Shown: piece by piece, positions 1 through 12,478 of the stretch
Layout of the letters: every line of letters begins with the position of its first letter
How positions within the stretch are numbered: the first letter of the stretch is position 1
Origin: Psychrobacter sp. HD31
GTDB taxonomy: Bacteria; Pseudomonadota; Gammaproteobacteria; Pseudomonadales; Moraxellaceae
Direction of reading: 5' to 3'
DNA: 32,000 nucleotides
Assembly: GCF_051097895.1 (NCBI RefSeq)
Contig: NZ_CP142525.1
Coordinates: forward strand, 1,260,001-1,292,000
Notes under the pieces: model-generated
Seen by the model: only the letters and a program-made list of their open reading frames with translations
What the model was told of the DNA's origin: nothing
The model's database searches: none
Made by a program: the position numbers and the translations under genes

Positions 1-366
1 CTAAAAGGCAAACTACACCGTGCTAGAGTCACTCATGCAGATTTGCATTATGAAGGTTCTTGCGGCATTGATAGTGACTTATTAGATTTAGCTGGTATTC
101 GTGAAAACGAATCAATTGACATTTATAATGTCAGTAATGGCAAACGCTTCCGTACTTATGCAATCCGTGCAGAAGCTGGCTCTGGTATTATCTCTTTAAA
201 TGGTGCTGCTGCCTATCAAGCTGATTTAGGTGATATCGTGATTATTTGTGCCTATGTTAATATGACAGAAGAAGAAGCAGATGCTCATAAGCCAAAATTG
301 GTTTATTGCAATGAAGACAACACAGTTAAAGATACCGCTAACATCATCCCAGTTCAGGTTAAGTAA
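1..366 (+). CDS. panD: Aspartate 1-decarboxylase (PanD), 5'-truncated by the window edge
   Basis: Frame-1 translation from base 1 ([28 protein letters not shown]...IPVQVK) is colinear with PanD and includes the HYEGSC self-cleavage context. About 6 N-terminal codons lie outside the window. The ORF track only starts at an internal TTG (43). Confidence 0.9.
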   Translation, partial: LKGKLHRARVTHADLHYEGSCGIDSDLLDLAGIRENESIDIYNVSNGKRFRTYAIRAEAGSGIISLNGAAAYQADLGDIVIICAYVNMTEEEADAHKPKLVYCNEDNTVKDTANIIPVQVK

Positions 367-394
367 CTTTAGCATCTATTAAGTCTCATTTTTT

Positions 395-419
395 AGGGTG
401 CATTTTATGCACCTTTTTA
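395..419 (+). terminator. Rho-independent terminator after panD
   Basis: GGTGCAT (397-403) / ATGCACC (407-413) stem with a 3-nt loop, followed by TTTTTATT. Confidence 0.6.
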
Positions 420-496
420 TTATATGAGTTGTTATATAAAATTAACTATATTCATAGTAAACAACGAAGAATATAAATAACTTAAGAGTTTTAATC

Positions 497-1459
497 ATGT
501 CATTAGCTATCGCCATTGTTGCCGTTATTATTGGTCTTGCTGTTTTAGTTTGGAGCGCCGATACTTTTATTGACGGTGCAACCAACCTAGCCGTTAAGCT
601 AAATATGCCCAGCTTTTTAATTGGTGTTATTATTTTGGGGGTTGGTACATCTGCGCCAGAAATGGTGGTATCTGCGCTGTCTGCACTTGATGGCAGTCCT
701 GGCATTGCTTTAGGTAACGCATTTGGTTCAAATATCATGAACATTGCCTTGGTACTGGGCATGGCAGCTATTATTAGCCCAATTGCGATTAAAGCCAACG
801 TAATTAAACAAGGCATGATGTTTTTGATAGCAGCAACTGCCTTAGTCGCCTTTCAATTATCGGATGGTAAACTAACGTTAACCGAAGGCATCATCATGCT
901 AGTCGCACTCGCTATTGTGTTGTTTGCACAAATCGTTTTAAGTCTCAAAGGTCGGCAATCCGATGATATCCCGCATGAAAATGAAGGTATTAACACCCGT
1001 AAAGCCATTTTCTCGCTCATTGTTGGGTTGGTACTGTTAGTTTTAAGCTCTCGTGTGATTGTTTTTGGTGCCGTTGAATTAGCAAAACTTTGGGGGCTTA
1101 GTGAACTACTAATTGGGCTGACGATTGTTGCGATAGGTACGTCGCTACCAGAGCTGGTTGCCTCTATTGTTGCTGCACGCCGCGGCGAATCAGATATGGC
1201 GTTAGGCAATATTGTTGGGTCTAACCTTTTTAATACCCTAGGCGTGGTTGGTTTGGCTGCTATTATCTCGCCAATGAATGTAGAAGCCTCTATTTTAAAT
1301 AGAGATATGCTGATGGTGGGTATTATGACCACCATGTTATTTATTTTATCTTTAGTTGCACTAAGACAAAAAAGCAGTTTGTACCGTATGGCAGGTATTA
1401 TTTTACTAACCACCTTTGTTATTTATACTTTTTGGCTTATCCAAACTGCAACCATATAA
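497..1459 (+). CDS. CaCA-family Na+(K+)/Ca2+ exchanger-like membrane protein (YrbG-like)
   Basis: 320 aa, about 10 hydrophobic segments. It has the two alpha-repeat signatures GTSAPE and GTSLPE, each followed by G(N)xxGSN. ATG start with AAGAG upstream. Confidence 0.85.
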   Translation: MSLAIAIVAVIIGLAVLVWSADTFIDGATNLAVKLNMPSFLIGVIILGVGTSAPEMVVSALSALDGSPGIALGNAFGSNIMNIALVLGMAAIISPIAIKANVIKQGMMFLIAATALVAFQLSDGKLTLTEGIIMLVALAIVLFAQIVLSLKGRQSDDIPHENEGINTRKAIFSLIVGLVLLVLSSRVIVFGAVELAKLWGLSELLIGLTIVAIGTSLPELVASIVAARRGESDMALGNIVGSNLFNTLGVVGLAAIISPMNVEASILNRDMLMVGIMTTMLFILSLVALRQKSSLYRMAGIILLTTFVIYTFWLIQTATI

Positions 1460-1509
1460 ATCAGCCCCTTCATATCTTGGTTAGTTTGTCAGTCAGTCTT
1501 CGTTTAATA

Positions 1510-1546
1510 AAAACCAACGCGTTAATTTTTATCCGTTGGTTTTTAT
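1510..1546 (+). terminator. Probable rho-independent terminator after the CaCA gene
   Basis: AAAACCAACG (1510-1519) pairs with CGTTGGTTTT (1534-1543), followed by a T-rich run. The 14-nt loop is rather large. Confidence 0.45.
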
Positions 1547-1812
1547 TAACTTGAATTTCTTCTTTTTGCCCCAACTTAATTGTAAAATAGCTTTACAATG
1601 GCTAACTTGCCATTGTGTTACATGCTATTATGTTACTTTGTAATAAATAAATTTTTATAAAAAAACATCATTTGAGCTTAAAGCTTTCTAATATTGAGTT
1701 ACATTTTTTATGTAGGTTTTGTTAAATATTTAAATCGGTAACTTGAAATATTTAACAGAATTTATATATTCTTTTTAAATTCTTATTTTAATAAATCACA
1801 TAGGATATTTTT

Positions 1813-3630
1813 ATGGATACTGCATTAATGCTATCAGGTATCGTTGGGTTAGGTATTGCTGCTCAATGGTTAGCTTGGTACCTCAAGCAACCATCCATTC
1901 TGTTTCTCTTATTAACTGGTATTATCATTGGGCCAGTTCTAGGCTATCTAAATCCCAATGAAATGCTTGGCGACTTGTTGTTCCCATTCATTTCTCTTGG
2001 GGTCGCTGTTATCTTATTTGAGGGTTCACTAACCCTTGAGTTTGAGGAAATCAAACAACACGGTACAGTGGTACAAAAACTCGTCACCTTAGGTGTGGTC
2101 ATTACCATTGGTATTGTGGCGTTATCTACCTATTTTTTATTTGATGTAGACCCCTTAATTGCCTTACTTTTTGGTGCACTGGTTTGTGTGACAGGACCTA
2201 CCGTAATTATTCCCCTATTACGTAGTGTTCGCCCAAATAAGACTATTTCCAATATCTTAAAGTGGGAAGGTATTATCATCGATCCAATTGGTGCAATTGC
2301 GGTGGTTTTAGTTTATGAATACATTATCTCTGAAGGCAAGGCTAATGGCCTCCTTATTTTTGGTGAAATTGTAGCACTTGGTTTAATACTTGGTATGTTT
2401 GGTGCCTGGGTTCTTGCATCACTCATCAAACGTCATATGTTACCTGAATACTTAATTAACGTATTTACACTTGCCTTTGTTTTGTTGTTATTTTCTGCAT
2501 CAAACCATATTGAACATGAATCAGGCTTATTAACCGTAACCGTTATGGGAGTCGCTTTAGCTAACTGGAAAGACTTCCCTAAAGATCATATTTTAGAATT
2601 TAATGAGTCATTAACCGTATTACTTATTTCTGTTTTATTTATTGTACTCGCCGCCCGTGTTGAGCTAGAAAGCTTATTTAACGTTGGTATAACCGGTTTA
2701 GTACTGCTTGGCATTGTCATGTTTATTGCTCGTCCACTGGCTGTATGGGCATCATCGCTTGGCTCTTCACTCAAGCTTCAAGAAAAACTGATGATTAGTT
2801 GGATTGGACCACGTGGTATTGTTGCTGCGGCAATCTCTTCTTTATTTGCAATTAAACTGCAAGAATACAACATTAAAGGCGTTGAGCTACTTGTACCCTT
2901 AGTATTTATGGTTATTATTGGTACAGTTATGATTCAAGGCTTAGGGGCAAAAGTCGTTGCGCGCATCTTAGGTGTCAGGGAACCAGCCAGCACTGGTGTC
3001 TTATTTATCGGTTCTAACCCGGTGGCATTAAAAATTGCAAAGTCGCTTAAAGACCAAGGTTTTGAAGTCATTGTTGCCGACTCAGTGTATACCAATATTG
3101 CTAAAGCTCGTATGAAAGGTCTACGCACCTATTATGGTAACCCAGTTTCTGAACATGCCGAATCGCATTTAGACTTAATTGGCATTGGTAATCTTTTTGC
3201 CGTACATGTAGATAGAGAGCTTAACATGTTAGCTGAACTGCATTACAGACATGAGTTTGGAGATAAAAATATTTTTAGATTGAAGCTTAAAAAAGAAGTA
3301 CAACATACGGATAACAACAAGTCTTTGTTTAATTCTCATTGGCTATTTGGCGAAAACGTCACCTATGCAAAGCTTGCCAGTATGGTTTCTAAAAAGGCAC
3401 GTATTAAAATCACTAATATTACCGACAACTACACTTATGATCATTACAAAGCGGATAACAATCAATATGTGCCACTATACACTATAGATAAAGACAATAT
3501 CCTACATGTAATAACCAACGAGTTTGATGGTAAAATACCAGCAGGTCGAAAACTAGTTTCTTTAGTGCTTGACGAAGAACAATTAAAAGAAGACAAAAGT
3601 GATAGCACATCTAACATTGCTTTTACCTAA
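1813..3630 (+). CDS. CPA1-family cation:proton (Na+/H+) antiporter with a C-terminal RCK/TrkA-N-like cytoplasmic domain
   Basis: 605 aa. The N-terminal ~390 aa is polytopic with Na+/H+ exchanger-like segments (ILFEGSL, WIGPRGIVAAA). The C-terminal ~200 aa is soluble with a Rossmann-like beta-alpha start (VLFIGSNPVALKIAKSLKDQGFEVIVAD). TAGGA Shine-Dalgarno 7 nt before the ATG. Confidence 0.85.
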   Translation: MDTALMLSGIVGLGIAAQWLAWYLKQPSILFLLLTGIIIGPVLGYLNPNEMLGDLLFPFISLGVAVILFEGSLTLEFEEIKQHGTVVQKLVTLGVVITIGIVALSTYFLFDVDPLIALLFGALVCVTGPTVIIPLLRSVRPNKTISNILKWEGIIIDPIGAIAVVLVYEYIISEGKANGLLIFGEIVALGLILGMFGAWVLASLIKRHMLPEYLINVFTLAFVLLLFSASNHIEHESGLLTVTVMGVALANWKDFPKDHILEFNESLTVLLISVLFIVLAARVELESLFNVGITGLVLLGIVMFIARPLAVWASSLGSSLKLQEKLMISWIGPRGIVAAAISSLFAIKLQEYNIKGVELLVPLVFMVIIGTVMIQGLGAKVVARILGVREPASTGVLFIGSNPVALKIAKSLKDQGFEVIVADSVYTNIAKARMKGLRTYYGNPVSEHAESHLDLIGIGNLFAVHVDRELNMLAELHYRHEFGDKNIFRLKLKKEVQHTDNNKSLFNSHWLFGENVTYAKLASMVSKKARIKITNITDNYTYDHYKADNNQYVPLYTIDKDNILHVITNEFDGKIPAGRKLVSLVLDEEQLKEDKSDSTSNIAFT

Positions 3631-3672
3631 TTAAGGGTAAGCCTTTTAATTAAATAAGATAAGCAAGCTAGT

Positions 3673-3711
3673 AACAGGCGATATTTATATTTAAATATCG
3701 CCTGTTTTTTT
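3673..3711 (+). terminator. Rho-independent terminator after the antiporter gene
   Basis: Perfect 15-bp stem AACAGGCGATATTTA (3673-3687) / TAAATATCGCCTGTT (3692-3706), 4-nt loop, followed by a T run. Confidence 0.8.
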
Positions 3712-3896
3712 ATGGATACAAATAATTGGAGCACAGTCATAACGTTAGCAAAACAAAATAAACGTGATACAAGAATGACGAGATTCTTTCATTTGCACTC
3801 TTTTTAGGCAAATAAACAGATAAGTTGTTAAGTAGATACCCAAACATAATTAATGTATAGCAAGTTTTGTACTTTAGTACCTATCTTTTATAACAG

Positions 3897-3932
3897 ACAA
3901 AAAAACCGAGCTTATATATAAGCTCGGTTTTT
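3897..3932 (-). terminator. Bidirectional rho-independent terminator ending the rpoBC transcript
   Basis: Perfect palindrome CCGAGCTTATA|TATAAGCTCGG (3906-3927), flanked by an A run on the left and a T run on the right. It lies 34 nt downstream of the rpoC stop on the minus strand. Confidence 0.8.
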
Positions 3933-3965
3933 GTTTTAAAGAATAATGTTAGCTAGTGAACTAAA

Positions 3966-6900
3966 TTACTCTGGTTTAGTTTCTTGATTAGCTGAATTAT
4001 CAGATGTTTCTTGCTTTAACTGCTCTGCAAATGCCTCATCAAACTCTGCCGCAAATGCGTCAGCATCAGCTTCAGAACCACTCATAGTAGAGCCAAACAT
4101 TGCATCAAGGTCTGTTGTTGCCATTGGTGCTTGCTCTGGCTGGTTCTTACGGCTTTGATGATACGCTAAGCCTGTACCAGCAGGAATCAATCGACCGACA
4201 ACCACGTTTTCTTTAAGACCACGCAAGGCATCCACTTTACCTTCTACCGCAGCAGCAGTTAGTACACGAGTTGTTTCTTGGAATGATGCAGCCGAGATAA
4301 AGCTTTCTGTTGCCAAGCTTGCTTTGGTAATACCAAGCAACTGACGATCAAACTTAACTTCAAACTTATCTTCTGCTCTAAGTTTTTCATTTAATTCAAC
4401 CACAGTCGCATATTCTGCTTGGTCACCTTTAAAGTAGCTAGAGTCACCACCATCAGTGATTTCAACCTTACGCAACATTTGACGAATAATAACTTCAATG
4501 TGCTTATCGTTAATTTTAACACCTTGCAGACGATATACATCTTGCACTTCATTCACAATATAGTTTGCCAGTGCTGTTTCACCTTGTAAGCGTAAAATGT
4601 CATGTGGGTTCATCGGACCATCGGCAATAATTTCACCTCTTGCAACCGTTTCACCTTCAAACACGTTGATTTGACGCCATTTAGGGATTAGCTCTTCATG
4701 ACTTTCGCCATCTTCATTGGTAATCACAAAACGATTTTTGCCTTTTGTTTCTTTACCAAAGCTTACTGTACCAGTCATTTCTGCCATAATCGCATGGTCT
4801 TTTGGCTTACGTGCTTCAAATAAGTCAGCAACACGTGGCAAACCACCGGTAATATCTTTAGTACCAGAAGAGGCTTGTGGCACACGTCCTAACGTAGAAC
4901 CTTGGGTCACTTCTTCGCCTTCAGTAACACGTAATACGGTTTCTGGTGGCAAGAAGTAAACAACTTCTTTACCTTCATCTGTATCAAGGATAATCGATGG
5001 ACGTAAGTCTTTTGCTGTTGTTGGACGATCTTTAACAGCCAAGATCTCAAACGAGCTCATACCTGTTGATTCATCAACCTTAACCGTTGCTGTTACCCCA
5101 TCAGTTACATCACTGAAACGGGCTTTACCAGTAAATTCGGTAATGATTGGGTGGGTATGTGGATCCCACTTAGCAATTGTTTGACCACCGTCAACCTGAT
5201 CACCATCTTTAACAGATACTTTAGAACCGTAAGGTACTTTATAACGCTCACGCTCACGTCCCATCTCATCTCTTACACCAATTTCGGCAGAACGAGATAC
5301 AACAACTAAGTAGCCATCAACATGTTCAACTGTTTTAATGTTGTGGAAACCAATAGTACCTGCATTACTAACAGAAATGCTGTTATCAACCGCAGCAGAA
5401 CTTGCTGTACCACCAACGTGGAAAGTACGCATGGTTAACTGTGTACCTGGTTCACCAATTGATTGCGCTGCCATAACACCAACAGACTCACCAATATTAA
5501 CACTGTGACCACGTGCCAAGTCACGACCATAACACTTAGAACATACCCCATGTTTTACTTTACAAGTAATAACTGAGCGTACCCAAACTTCATCAACACC
5601 GTTGTCATCAAGCAAGTTAACCGATTGCTCATCAAGTAACTCACCTGCTGGTACAATAATTTCACCATCTTTATTTGTAACATCTTTAGCAGTTACACGA
5701 CCAAGTACTCGGTCACTTAATTTTTCGATGATGTCGCCACCTTCAATATGCGGCGTCATTAACACACCATGGTCTGTACCACAGTCATCTTCTGTAATAA
5801 CTAAATCTTGTGCCACATCAACCAAACGACGGGTTAGATAACCAGAGTTTGCTGTTTTAAGTGCCGTATCAGCAAGACCTTTACGCGCACCGTGAGTAGA
5901 GATAAAGTACTGAAGTACTGTCAAACCTTCACGGAAGTTTGCTTTAATTGGCGTTTCAATAATAGAACCATCTGGTTTAGCCATCAAACCACGCATACCT
6001 GCAAGCTGACGAATCTGTGCCGCACTACCACGAGCACCAGAGTCCGACATGATATAGATTGAGTTAAACGACTTTTGTTCTTCTTCAACGCCATCTGCAT
6101 TGATAACGGTATCCGTTGCTAGGTTATCCATCATCGCATTAGCAACTTTATCGTTAGTACGTGACCAGATATCAACAACTTTGTTATAACGCTCACCTGC
6201 AGTTACAAAACCTTCAGCAAACTGTTGTTCGATTTCTCGAACTTCTGCATCCGCAGCTTTAACAATTTCTGCCTTATTTGGTGGTATAACCATGTCTTCC
6301 ATACCAATAGATACACCTGATAGTGTTGCTTGAGCAAAACCTAAATACATCAAGTGGTCAGCAAAAAGTACGGTATCTTTGACTTCCATTTTACGGTAGC
6401 AAGAGTTCAGCAATCCTGAAATGTTCTTTTTAGTCATTTCTTTGTTGCACTCTTCAAATGCCATACCTTTTGGCATGATGTTCCAGATAAGCAAACGTCC
6501 TGCTACAGTTTCTTTTAAGCTGGTTTGCTTAGTCGCATTGCCTTCTTCATCAAAGCTGGTTTCAGTCACACGCACTTTAACTTTTGCGTTCACACTTAAA
6601 TCACCGTTGCCCAAAGCACGCATGGCTTCATCAACGTTTGTGAAGGTCATGCCCTCACCTTTTGCATTTATGTTTGAACGGCTGATGTAGTACAAACCTA
6701 GTACAACGTCTTGCGATGGCACAATAATCGGCTCACCATTAGCTGGCGATAAGATATTGTTGGTTGACATCATCAAGGTACGTGCTTCTAACTGCGCTTC
6801 TAGTGTCAGTGGTACGTGTACCGCCATCTGGTCACCATCAAAGTCGGCGTTAAATGCCGCACAAACCAATGGGTGTAGCTGAATGGCTTTACCTTCAATC

Positions 6901-8228
6901 AATACTGGTTCAAACGCTTGCAGACCCAAACGGTGAAGCGTTGGCGCACGGTTAAGCATCACTGGATGTTCACGGATAACCATTGCCAGCATATCCCAAA
7001 CTTGTGGTTCTTCACGCTCAACCATCTTTTTAGCTTGTTTAATGGTGGTTGCCATACCATGCGAAAGTAACTTAGCATAAGTGAATGGCTTGAACAGTTC
7101 TAATGCCATTTTCTTAGGCAAGCCACACTGGTGCAAACGTAGTGTAGGACCAACAACAATTACCGAACGACCAGAGTAATCAACACGTTTACCAAGTAAG
7201 TTTTGGCGGAAACGACCCTGCTTACCTTTAATCATGTCAGCAAGTGATTTCAATGGACGACGGTTACTACCAGTAATCGCACGACCACGACGACCGTTAT
7301 CTAATAAAGCATCTACCGACTCTTGCAACATACGTTTTTCGTTACGTACAATAATGTCTGGCGCATTAAGCTCTAATAAACGTTTCAAACGGTTATTACG
7401 GTTAATCACACGACGATATAAATCGTTTAGATCAGACGTCGCAAAGCGACCACCTTCAAGTGGCACAAGTGGGCGTAAATCAGGTGGTAACACAGGTAAT
7501 ACTTCCATTACCATCCACTCTGGTTTATTGTTTGAATCACGGAATGACTCAAGCAACTTTAAACGCTTAGACATTTTCTTCAGCTTAGTTTCTGAATTTG
7601 TGTTCGGAATCTCTTCACGTAACAAATCAATTTCAGTATCTAAATCAATGTCTTTTAACAGGTCTTGAACTGCTTCAGCACCCATTTTGGCTGTAAATTC
7701 ATCACCAAACTCTTCTAGGGCTTTATAGTAGTCTTCATCATCTAATAGCTGATATTTTTCAAGGCTGGTTAAACCAGGGTCTGTCACAATATAGCTTTCA
7801 AAATATAATACACGCTCAATATCACGCAATGTGGTATCTAACAATAGACCAATACGGCTCGGCAATGATTTTAAAAACCAAATGTGTGCAACTGGGCTTG
7901 CTAAGTCGATGTGACCCATACGATCACGACGGACTTTAGCTGTGGTCACTTCAACACCACATTTTTCACAAATCACACCTTGGAACTTACGACGCTTATA
8001 TTTACCACATAAGCATTCAAAGTCTTTTACTGGTCCAAAAATTTTGGCACAAAAAAGACCATCACGTTCTGGTTTAAAGGTACGATAGTTAATAGTTTCA
8101 GGCTTTTTAACCTCACCATGAGACCATGATCTGATGGTATCAGGTGATGATAAAGAAATCTGAATGCTGTCAAATTCACGGCTGCCAGAGTCGGCAGGGC
8201 TTTTCATAATATCTAATAAATCTTTCAA
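3966..8228 (-). CDS. rpoC: DNA-directed RNA polymerase subunit beta' (RpoC)
   Basis: 1420 aa, colinear with RpoC: MKDLL N-terminus, zinc-finger CLCGKYKR...CEKCGVEV, catalytic [12 protein letters not shown], and the trigger-loop region. The start codon is TTG (8226-8228), preceded by GGAGAAG. Confidence 0.98.
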   Translation of the reverse strand: MKDLLDIMKSPADSGSREFDSIQISLSSPDTIRSWSHGEVKKPETINYRTFKPERDGLFCAKIFGPVKDFECLCGKYKRRKFQGVICEKCGVEVTTAKVRRDRMGHIDLASPVAHIWFLKSLPSRIGLLLDTTLRDIERVLYFESYIVTDPGLTSLEKYQLLDDEDYYKALEEFGDEFTAKMGAEAVQDLLKDIDLDTEIDLLREEIPNTNSETKLKKMSKRLKLLESFRDSNNKPEWMVMEVLPVLPPDLRPLVPLEGGRFATSDLNDLYRRVINRNNRLKRLLELNAPDIIVRNEKRMLQESVDALLDNGRRGRAITGSNRRPLKSLADMIKGKQGRFRQNLLGKRVDYSGRSVIVVGPTLRLHQCGLPKKMALELFKPFTYAKLLSHGMATTIKQAKKMVEREEPQVWDMLAMVIREHPVMLNRAPTLHRLGLQAFEPVLIEGKAIQLHPLVCAAFNADFDGDQMAVHVPLTLEAQLEARTLMMSTNNILSPANGEPIIVPSQDVVLGLYYISRSNINAKGEGMTFTNVDEAMRALGNGDLSVNAKVKVRVTETSFDEEGNATKQTSLKETVAGRLLIWNIMPKGMAFEECNKEMTKKNISGLLNSCYRKMEVKDTVLFADHLMYLGFAQATLSGVSIGMEDMVIPPNKAEIVKAADAEVREIEQQFAEGFVTAGERYNKVVDIWSRTNDKVANAMMDNLATDTVINADGVEEEQKSFNSIYIMSDSGARGSAAQIRQLAGMRGLMAKPDGSIIETPIKANFREGLTVLQYFISTHGARKGLADTALKTANSGYLTRRLVDVAQDLVITEDDCGTDHGVLMTPHIEGGDIIEKLSDRVLGRVTAKDVTNKDGEIIVPAGELLDEQSVNLLDDNGVDEVWVRSVITCKVKHGVCSKCYGRDLARGHSVNIGESVGVMAAQSIGEPGTQLTMRTFHVGGTASSAAVDNSISVSNAGTIGFHNIKTVEHVDGYLVVVSRSAEIGVRDEMGRERERYKVPYGSKVSVKDGDQVDGGQTIAKWDPHTHPIITEFTGKARFSDVTDGVTATVKVDESTGMSSFEILAVKDRPTTAKDLRPSIILDTDEGKEVVYFLPPETVLRVTEGEEVTQGSTLGRVPQASSGTKDITGGLPRVADLFEARKPKDHAIMAEMTGTVSFGKETKGKNRFVITNEDGESHEELIPKWRQINVFEGETVARGEIIADGPMNPHDILRLQGETALANYIVNEVQDVYRLQGVKINDKHIEVIIRQMLRKVEITDGGDSSYFKGDQAEYATVVELNEKLRAEDKFEVKFDRQLLGITKASLATESFISAASFQETTRVLTAAAVEGKVDALRGLKENVVVGRLIPAGTGLAYHQSRKNQPEQAPMATTDLDAMFGSTMSGSEADADAFAAEFDEAFAEQLKQETSDNSANQETKPE

Positions 8229-8380
8229 GCTTCTTCTCCGTTATCTTTTTTTTGCTTTGTTTTTGTCATAAATACAAACAAAGCTCATTCTGTTAAGTGG
8301 TTAGGTATCGTTAATTAATGATTGAATTGGATATGCTGAGCGCATGACCCAGCTTATCCTTTCTATACTTTAAGAGTGCC

Positions 8381-11300
8381 TCATTTGTTTGACTCTTTTA
8401 ATTCAATATTAATACCCAACGACTTGATTTCTTTAGTCAATACATTAAACGATTCAGGCATACCTGGATCCATATATTGCTCGCCATCAACAATGTTTTT
8501 GTACATACGTGTACGTCCATCAACATCATCCGACTTCACTGTTAGCATTTCTTGCAAGGTATAAGTTGCACCATATGCTTCAAGTGCCCAAACTTCCATC
8601 TCACCAAAACGCTGACCACCAAATTGAGCTTTACCACCCAATGGTTGCTGTGTAACAAGTGAGTAAGAACCTGTAGAACGTGCGTGCATTTTGTCATCAA
8701 CCAAGTGGTTAAGTTTAAGCATGTACATAATACCAACGGTTACTTTACGGTCAAATTTTTGACCTGTGCGACCATCATACAACACTTGTTGACCATCTTG
8801 AGATAAGTCGGCAAGCTCTAATAGTTCTTTAATTTGAGTTTCTTTTGCACCATCAAATACAGCGGTACCCATAGGGACACCCGCACGTAAATTTTGTGCC
8901 ATTGCAAAGATTTCATCATCAGTTAAGCTATCAAGATCAACTTGTTCGCCACCAACTTTGTTATAAATTTTATCTAAAAATTCACGTAAATCTTTAATTG
9001 CAACTTGTGCTTTTAGCATACGCTCAATTTTCTCACCCAAGCCTTTAGCCGCCATACCCAAGTGCGTTTCAAGTACCTGACCAATGTTCATACGCGATGG
9101 TACACCCAATGGGTTTAGTACGATGTCAACTGGGTTGCCGTGTTCGTCATATGGCATGTCTTCAATTGGCATAATGCGAGAGATAACACCTTTGTTACCA
9201 TGACGACCAGCCATCTTATCACCTGGCTGGATACGACGTTTAACTGCCAAATATACTTTAACAATTTTTTGTACGCCGTGTGCTAATTCATCACCAGAGG
9301 TTAGCTTACGCTTCTTCTCTGCAAATTTGTCATCAATTTCTTTGTGCTTATCTTCTAAGAACTCAGCGATTTGACCAAGATGCTCTGCGACTTCCTCTTC
9401 TACTGGTTGGATGTCCAACAAAGTTTCTAATGTCATTTCTGACATATTAGCAGCTGTCAGCTCAGTGCCTGCTCTTAAGCCAGCACCACCACTTACTTTT
9501 TGACCATCAAGCAAACGCATGATACGACCACGAGCAGCTTCTTCAAAAATGCGTAGCTCTTCTTTTAAGTCTTTACGGTAACCATCAAGCTGTTGTTTTT
9601 CAATGGCTTGCGCACGGCTGTCTTTTTCTAAACCATCACGAGTAAATACTTGCACATCAATTACAGTACCCTTAACAGATGAAGGTACGCGTAATGATGT
9701 ATCTTTTACATCCGCAGCTTTCTCACCAAAAATGGCACGCAATAGTTTTTCTTCTGGCGTTAGTTGTGTCTCACCTTTTGGTGTCACTTTACCAACTAAG
9801 ATATCGCCACCTTCAACTTCTGCACCAATATAAACAATACCTGCTTGGTCTAGGTTAGAAAGTGCTGCCTCACCTACGTTAGGGATATCGCCAGTGATCT
9901 CTTCTGTACCCAGTTTGGTATCACGGGCAACACAGGTCAACTCTTGAATATGGATGGTAGTAAAACGATCTTCTTTCACCACTTTTTCAGAGACTAAAAT
10001 AGAATCCTCAAAGTTATAACCATTCCACGGCATGAATGCGATTCGCATATTTTGACCAAGCGCCAACTCACCTAAGTCAGTTGATGGGCCATCTGCCAAA
10101 ATGTCACCACGGGCAATCTGGTCGCCTTGGTTAACAATAATACGCTGGTTAATACAGGTGTTTTGGTTAGAGCGGGTATATTTAATTAGGTTATAAATAT
10201 CAATACCAGCTTCACCTACTTGCATTTCATCTTCATTAACACGTACAACTAAGCGTGATGCATCAACATACTCAATCACACCACCACGTTTTGCAGTCAC
10301 ACAAACACCAGAGTCACGAGCGACGTGACGCTCCATGCCAGTACCGACTAGCGGCTTGTCTGCACGCAATGTTGGTACTGCCTGACGTTGCATGTTAGAT
10401 CCCATCAATGCACGGTTAGCATCATCATGTTCTAAGAATGGAATCAAGCCAGCAGCAACAGAAACAACCTGACGTGGTGACACATCCATATGGGTTACTT
10501 TACCAGGTGGCATACGTACCGTTTCGCCCAGGTTACGTACCGTTACCATCTCATCAGTTAACTCACCTTTGTCATTCATTGGCGAGTCAGCCTGTGCAAC
10601 GACTGTTCCTACTTCTTCAATTGCTGATAAGTATTCAATATCATCCGTTACTTTACCATCAACCACTTTACGGTATGGTGTTTCAAGGAAACCAAAGCTG
10701 TTTGTTTTAGCATAGGTTGCTAATGAGTTAATCAAACCAATGTTTGGACCTTCAGGGGTTTCAATTGGACAAACACGACCATAGTGAGTTGTGTGAACGT
10801 CACGCACTTCAAAACCAGCACGCTCACGTGTCAAACCACCAGGACCTAATGCAGAAACACGACGCTTGTGCGTAACTTCTGACAATGGGTTGTTTTGGTC
10901 CATAAACTGTGACAACTGAGACGAACCAAAGAATTCTTTAACTGCCGCTGCAACTGGTTTAGAGTTGATCAAATCTTGTGGTGATAGGCCATCAGATTCT
11001 GCAGAGCTTAAGCGCTCTTTAACCGCACGCTCAACACGTACTAAACCAATACGGAACTGGTTTTCTGCCATCTCACCAACAGAACGGATTCGACGGTTAC
11101 CTAAGTGGTCGATGTCATCAACATCGCCACGTCCGTTACGGATTTCAATCAATTCTTTTAGAACATCTAAAATATCTTGGTTTGTTAAAACACTACGATC
11201 ACGTTGTACGTCTACATCATCCGTGTCTTCAAATTCACGACCTAAACGACGATTAAACTTCATACGTCCGACGTTAGATAAATCATAACGATCTTGACTA

Positions 11301-12478
11301 AAGAACATCGTTTCAAACAGTTTTTCTGCTGTATCTAATGTTGGTGGCTCACCAGGACGCATGACTTTGTAAATTTCAATCAAAGCTTCTTCACGGCTAC
11401 GTACGCTGTCTGCACGCAAGGTATCTGCAATATAAGTACCTTGGTCAATATCATTGGTAAACAAGATTGAGAATTCTTTAATCTCTAGTCCTGATAATTT
11501 AACCAATAATTCGTGGTCAATTAAGGTATTTGCATGCGCGACAATCTCGTCATCTACTACGATATCTTCGGCAAGCACACGCTCATATAGGTACTCATCT
11601 GGCACCGCTAGCTTAGTCATACCTGCTTTTTCGATTTGGCGAATACGACGGGCATTAATACGTTTGCCCTGCTCAACCAATACTTCACCATCTGCCGCGA
11701 CAATATCAAACTGCGCCATCTCACCACGTAAACGGTCAGCAACTAGGTCAATTTCAAATTGATCTTTGCCTTTGTATACAGAAATTTTTTCAAAGAAGGT
11801 ATCTAAAATTTGAGCCGTATCCATACCAATGGCACGTAAGATAATTGACGCCAATAATTTACGTCGACGGTCAATACGTGCATAAACTAAGTCTTTAGCA
11901 TCAAACTCAAAATCTAACCAAGAGCCACGGTATGGAATGATACGTGCGTTATAAAGGACTTTACCACTTGAGTGAGACTTACCTTTATCATGGTCAAAGA
12001 ACACACCAGGTGAACGGTGTAGCTGAGAAACAATCACTCGTTCAGTACCATTAATAATAAAAGTACCATTGTCAGTCATTAGTGGGATTTCACCCATAAA
12101 TACCGTTTGCTCACGGATATCTTTAATAGTTTTTGCTTTACTATCTTTGTCTTTAATGACCAAACGAATTTTTACACGCAATGGTGCTGCAAAAGTAGAG
12201 CCACGTAAAATACATTCACGCTCATCAAATTCAGGCTCACCCAAATAATATTCAACAAATTGCAGCTCGGCATTGCCAGTATGACTTTCAATAGGGAAAA
12301 TAGAAGAGAAAGCTGCCTGTAAACCCATGTTATAACGTGCATGAGGTTTTTTATTCTCTTGCAAGAATTGCTCATAAGAGTCCATCTGGATGGCCAATAG
12401 ATACGGCACTTCCATCACAGTTGGCAATTGAGCAAAACTTTTACGGATACGCTTTTTTTCGGTATAAGAATATGCCAT
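8381..12478 (-). CDS. rpoB: DNA-directed RNA polymerase subunit beta (RpoB)
   Basis: The conserved N-terminus [15 protein letters not shown] begins at the ATG at 12478 (residue 74 of the tracked ORF), giving 1365 aa. The rifampicin region reads [32 protein letters not shown], with wild-type D516/H526/S531 equivalents. Confidence 0.98.
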   Translation of the reverse strand: MAYSYTEKKRIRKSFAQLPTVMEVPYLLAIQMDSYEQFLQENKKPHARYNMGLQAAFSSIFPIESHTGNAELQFVEYYLGEPEFDERECILRGSTFAAPLRVKIRLVIKDKDSKAKTIKDIREQTVFMGEIPLMTDNGTFIINGTERVIVSQLHRSPGVFFDHDKGKSHSSGKVLYNARIIPYRGSWLDFEFDAKDLVYARIDRRRKLLASIILRAIGMDTAQILDTFFEKISVYKGKDQFEIDLVADRLRGEMAQFDIVAADGEVLVEQGKRINARRIRQIEKAGMTKLAVPDEYLYERVLAEDIVVDDEIVAHANTLIDHELLVKLSGLEIKEFSILFTNDIDQGTYIADTLRADSVRSREEALIEIYKVMRPGEPPTLDTAEKLFETMFFSQDRYDLSNVGRMKFNRRLGREFEDTDDVDVQRDRSVLTNQDILDVLKELIEIRNGRGDVDDIDHLGNRRIRSVGEMAENQFRIGLVRVERAVKERLSSAESDGLSPQDLINSKPVAAAVKEFFGSSQLSQFMDQNNPLSEVTHKRRVSALGPGGLTRERAGFEVRDVHTTHYGRVCPIETPEGPNIGLINSLATYAKTNSFGFLETPYRKVVDGKVTDDIEYLSAIEEVGTVVAQADSPMNDKGELTDEMVTVRNLGETVRMPPGKVTHMDVSPRQVVSVAAGLIPFLEHDDANRALMGSNMQRQAVPTLRADKPLVGTGMERHVARDSGVCVTAKRGGVIEYVDASRLVVRVNEDEMQVGEAGIDIYNLIKYTRSNQNTCINQRIIVNQGDQIARGDILADGPSTDLGELALGQNMRIAFMPWNGYNFEDSILVSEKVVKEDRFTTIHIQELTCVARDTKLGTEEITGDIPNVGEAALSNLDQAGIVYIGAEVEGGDILVGKVTPKGETQLTPEEKLLRAIFGEKAADVKDTSLRVPSSVKGTVIDVQVFTRDGLEKDSRAQAIEKQQLDGYRKDLKEELRIFEEAARGRIMRLLDGQKVSGGAGLRAGTELTAANMSEMTLETLLDIQPVEEEVAEHLGQIAEFLEDKHKEIDDKFAEKKRKLTSGDELAHGVQKIVKVYLAVKRRIQPGDKMAGRHGNKGVISRIMPIEDMPYDEHGNPVDIVLNPLGVPSRMNIGQVLETHLGMAAKGLGEKIERMLKAQVAIKDLREFLDKIYNKVGGEQVDLDSLTDDEIFAMAQNLRAGVPMGTAVFDGAKETQIKELLELADLSQDGQQVLYDGRTGQKFDRKVTVGIMYMLKLNHLVDDKMHARSTGSYSLVTQQPLGGKAQFGGQRFGEMEVWALEAYGATYTLQEMLTVKSDDVDGRTRMYKNIVDGEQYMDPGMPESFNVLTKEIKSLGINIELKESNK

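Noticed and set aside
442-1413. Minus-strand ORFs of 124 aa and 186 aa opposite the CaCA antiporter gene.
   Set aside because: They are antisense shadows of a membrane-protein gene. They have no signals and no recognisable motifs, whereas the plus-strand product has both CaCA alpha-repeat signatures.
3712-3896. About 185 bp bracketed by the antiporter terminator and the bidirectional rpoC terminator. It could host a small RNA or a micro-ORF (e.g. MKESRHSCITFILFC on the minus strand, or a 10-aa ORF on the plus strand).
   Set aside because: I could find no convincing promoter (best is TTGTTA-16 nt-TAATTA), no Shine-Dalgarno and no stable structure. It cannot be distinguished from a plain spacer without expression data.
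4717-7668. Plus-strand ORFs of 79-144 aa inside rpoC (4717-4959, 5602-5841, 6421-6690, 7234-7668).
   Set aside because: They are entirely antisense to a highly conserved, codon-biased gene. They are Ser/Arg/Pro-rich with no Shine-Dalgarno and no family resemblance, which is typical of shadow ORFs.
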